A DNA stretch of 64,000 bases from Longimicrobiales bacterium (lineage in GTDB: Bacteria > Gemmatimonadota > Gemmatimonadetes > Longimicrobiales > Gaopeijiaceae), in assembly GCA_963664435.2 (NCBI GenBank), contig CAXXKM010000001.1, forward strand, positions 448,001 through 512,000. Direction: 5' to 3'. Position numbers and translations under genes: made by a program. Positions 61,736-64,000 of this stretch are shown piece by piece; positions within the stretch are counted from its first letter, which is position 1; each line of letters begins with the position of its first letter. A model generated the notes under the pieces. The model was not told the origin of the DNA, made no database searches, and saw nothing but the letters and a program-made list of their open reading frames with translations.

Positions 61736-63112
61736 ATGGGTCGGGCGTTGGTAGTGTTCCTCCTGGCACTTGCGATCGGCGGATGCGACGAGGGAACGTC
61801 CGGCTCGGTACCGCTGAGTTCAACGCAGCAGCTGGGTGACACGACGTTCGTGTTCTCATCGGCGCCGCTTCGGGGCACGGCCACCCTCCGCGAAGTATCG
61901 CGGATCGGCATGATCGAGGGTCCACCGGAGTACCTGCTGGGCGCGTCGCCGACGTTCACGGTCGGCCCGGACGGGAGCCTCTTCATCGCCGACCGAGGTA
62001 CGCTTCGACACTACGACGCGGACGGCACATACGTCCGGACGATCGCGCGCCGGGGCGAAGGGCCAGGCGAGATGACGTCCGTGGGCGGCATCGACGTTTC
62101 TGCTGACGGGCTGGTGGCCGCCCTGGACAGGGGTAATCGCCGCGTCAACGTCTTTTCGTCCGATGGCGCCCTCGTCCGCGAGATCAGACTGGGGACAAGC
62201 CAGTCGGCGGGAGTAGCCCCATACGGACGGGATGCCCTGCGATGGGACGACCGAGGTGATCTCTGGCTCGCGCTCAATCCGCCCCGAAGGGGGTCGGATA
62301 CACTGCGTGCGAGGCAACAGAGACCGCTGTTCGGTCGCCTGATCGACCACGAGGAAGTCGCGGACACAGTGTTCCTCCCAACTCGAGCCTGGGAGGGCTG
62401 CGAGCGCCGACTCCCGGCATACTCCGGAGGGTTCATGGAGGACAACCGCCTCCGCAACATGCCCTTCGCGCAATGGTCCCGGACTCGAATGGGTGTGTTG
62501 GTCTTCGGGTGCTCGGCCAGTTTCTCGATCGATGTCGCTCGGCCGGATGGTGGCGTGATGCGGGCCTCAAGAGAATGGGAGCCACCGGTCAGGACGGAGG
62601 AGGAGCACGACTTCTGGTCCGCGACGGATCGTCTCGGGGTGGCGGAGCGCCGCAGTTTCAACCAGGCCCTGGTGAGCCTGGGACGCGCGGCGGAGGCCAT
62701 GCCGATTCCTGAGCCTCCGATCAATCCGAGGGAGCGACCCGCGTTCCTTCGACTCTGGCTGGCGGACGACGGACGAGTCTGGGCCTGGCGAGGAGCTCCC
62801 GGCCGAAGCCGTAGCTGGACCGAAGAGGAAAGGAGCCAGCAACTGCAACGGCTCCAGCAACTGGGGGTGTCCGGGCGTGAGCTACAGCCGCGATCGTGGG
62901 AGTACTGGAATCCGACGGACGGGTTCGATGTCTTCGACGCGGACGGGCGATGGATCGGTCACGTGAGCACACCCGAAACCTGGGCCGCAGCTCCGTACCC
63001 CGGGCAAACGGACCCGTACTTCAGGGGCGACACGGTCTGGGCCGTGGTCGAGGAAGAGTTCGACGTCCGCTACGTTGTTCGGTTCGGGATTGATTGGTCC
63101 TCGCCGGAATAG
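61736..63112 (+). CDS. 6-bladed beta-propeller lipoprotein
   Basis: Lipobox IGGC; RRGEGPGEM; FDVFDADGRWIG; EEFDVRYVVRF. Confidence 0.78.
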   Translation: MGRALVVFLLALAIGGCDEGTSGSVPLSSTQQLGDTTFVFSSAPLRGTATLREVSRIGMIEGPPEYLLGASPTFTVGPDGSLFIADRGTLRHYDADGTYVRTIARRGEGPGEMTSVGGIDVSADGLVAALDRGNRRVNVFSSDGALVREIRLGTSQSAGVAPYGRDALRWDDRGDLWLALNPPRRGSDTLRARQQRPLFGRLIDHEEVADTVFLPTRAWEGCERRLPAYSGGFMEDNRLRNMPFAQWSRTRMGVLVFGCSASFSIDVARPDGGVMRASREWEPPVRTEEEHDFWSATDRLGVAERRSFNQALVSLGRAAEAMPIPEPPINPRERPAFLRLWLADDGRVWAWRGAPGRSRSWTEEERSQQLQRLQQLGVSGRELQPRSWEYWNPTDGFDVFDADGRWIGHVSTPETWAAAPYPGQTDPYFRGDTVWAVVEEEFDVRYVVRFGIDWSSPE

Positions 63113-63192
63113 TGCGAGCCCGCACATGTTGGGGGGTAGGTGCGGCTACCTCGACCTCAGAGGGGCCGCGATGCCCATCATTGGAGGCTCGC

Positions 63193-64000
63193 ATGCGTCT
63201 GCTGATTCCCATGATCGCCTTGTGGCTTTGCGTTCCGGGGGTGACACGCGCCCAGACCGTGTGCCCGACGCCATGGCCGCCGGAAGAGGTCCTGCGGATC
63301 GGCTCTGCGGAGACCACGGACCTCGTTGCCGGCGTCCGCGATCTGGCGATCGGACCTGACAGCGCCCTGTACGTCGCTCAGGCGCACGTACCCGCAGTCA
63401 ACGTGTTCTCCCTCGATGGCCAGTTGCTTCGCCAGATCGGGCGCGCGGGCCGGGGGCCGGGCGATATCGAGTGGTCGGCCTTCGGTCTGGGTTGGATCGG
63501 AGACACGCTCTGGGTAGCCGACCTGAACCGGATCCAGCTGTTCACCACGGATGAGCGCGTGCCCGACGAAGTCATCCGGTTCTACCTGAGCATCCCCGAG
63601 GAAGGCGCTCAAGCCCGACGGATCCGCGGTCGTACAGATCGGGCAAGTGCATGAAAATGCAACGCCGCCCACCTTCGACCTTCTGGTGGTCTCAATCCGT
63701 GGAGACACGCTCCTGCATCGCGCGATCGACTACGAACCGCGCGAGGTCACCCGCGCGATGGAACGGCGCCTGGCGGACGAATACGCCGGCTGGGCGGTCG
63801 GAGACTACACCTCCCGCCGGATGCAGCTGCTTGAGACGACTCTCGAGCGCCAGCGCAGTGCCTACCGCCGCGTATTCTGGGTTCCGGAGAACCATCCTCC
63901 GGTCAGAAAGGTGGTGGCTGGAACGGACGGAACGATCTGGTTGCTGCGAGAGCTGCGTGAGGACCGCGTCGATGTGTGGGAGATCTACGACTCGGAAGGA
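63193..64000 (+). pseudogene. 6-bladed beta-propeller gene with a frameshift near 63610 (runs off the window)
   Basis: Frame 1 carries GRAGRGPGD and DTLWVAD and stops at 63654; family-like sequence resumes in another frame (KPDGSAVV...GDTLLHR...GTDGTIWL...WEIYDSEG). Confidence 0.7.

Overview
High-GC bacterial window, inferred to come from a marine, probably sponge-associated, Gemmatimonadota-like diderm (swf-type PKS cluster, repeated 6-bladed beta-propeller lipoproteins, many exported hydrolases). Left to right: (1) 1-18.3 kb holds housekeeping and accessory genes: threonine deaminase, a Tsx-like porin, a Nal1-like protease with a stand-alone copy of its N-terminal domain, a two-component system, hydrolases and an amidase. 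(2) 18.4-31.4 kb is a swfA/swfC/swfB-type cluster (monomodular reducing PKS, B12 radical SAM, reductase-sulfotransferase fusion). Its PKS KS domain is cut by a 1594-bp IS3-like element with a 3-bp target duplication. (3) About 34.8-41.6 kb is a partly lower-GC defence island (ABC-ATPase + TOPRIM pair, DUF262/HNH-like-Schlafen AlbA_2 fusion, HEPN protein, IS256 relic). It sits between hemY and a collapsed, divergent second copy of the hemH-hemY junction. (4) A coproporphyrin-dependent-type heme operon follows (chdC-hemD-hemL-hemE-hemH-hemY). (5) Next is an operon of two GcvT-like and two phytoene-desaturase-like proteins of unknown substrate. (6) The right end carries a D-amino-acid oxidase, a serine hydrolase, membrane proteins and beta-propellers. 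The best candidate for an undescribed system is the defence island, where all three effectors belong to families with RNA/tRNA-cleaving members. No rRNA, tRNA or CRISPR array was seen. All calls come from reading motifs by eye; no database search was run.
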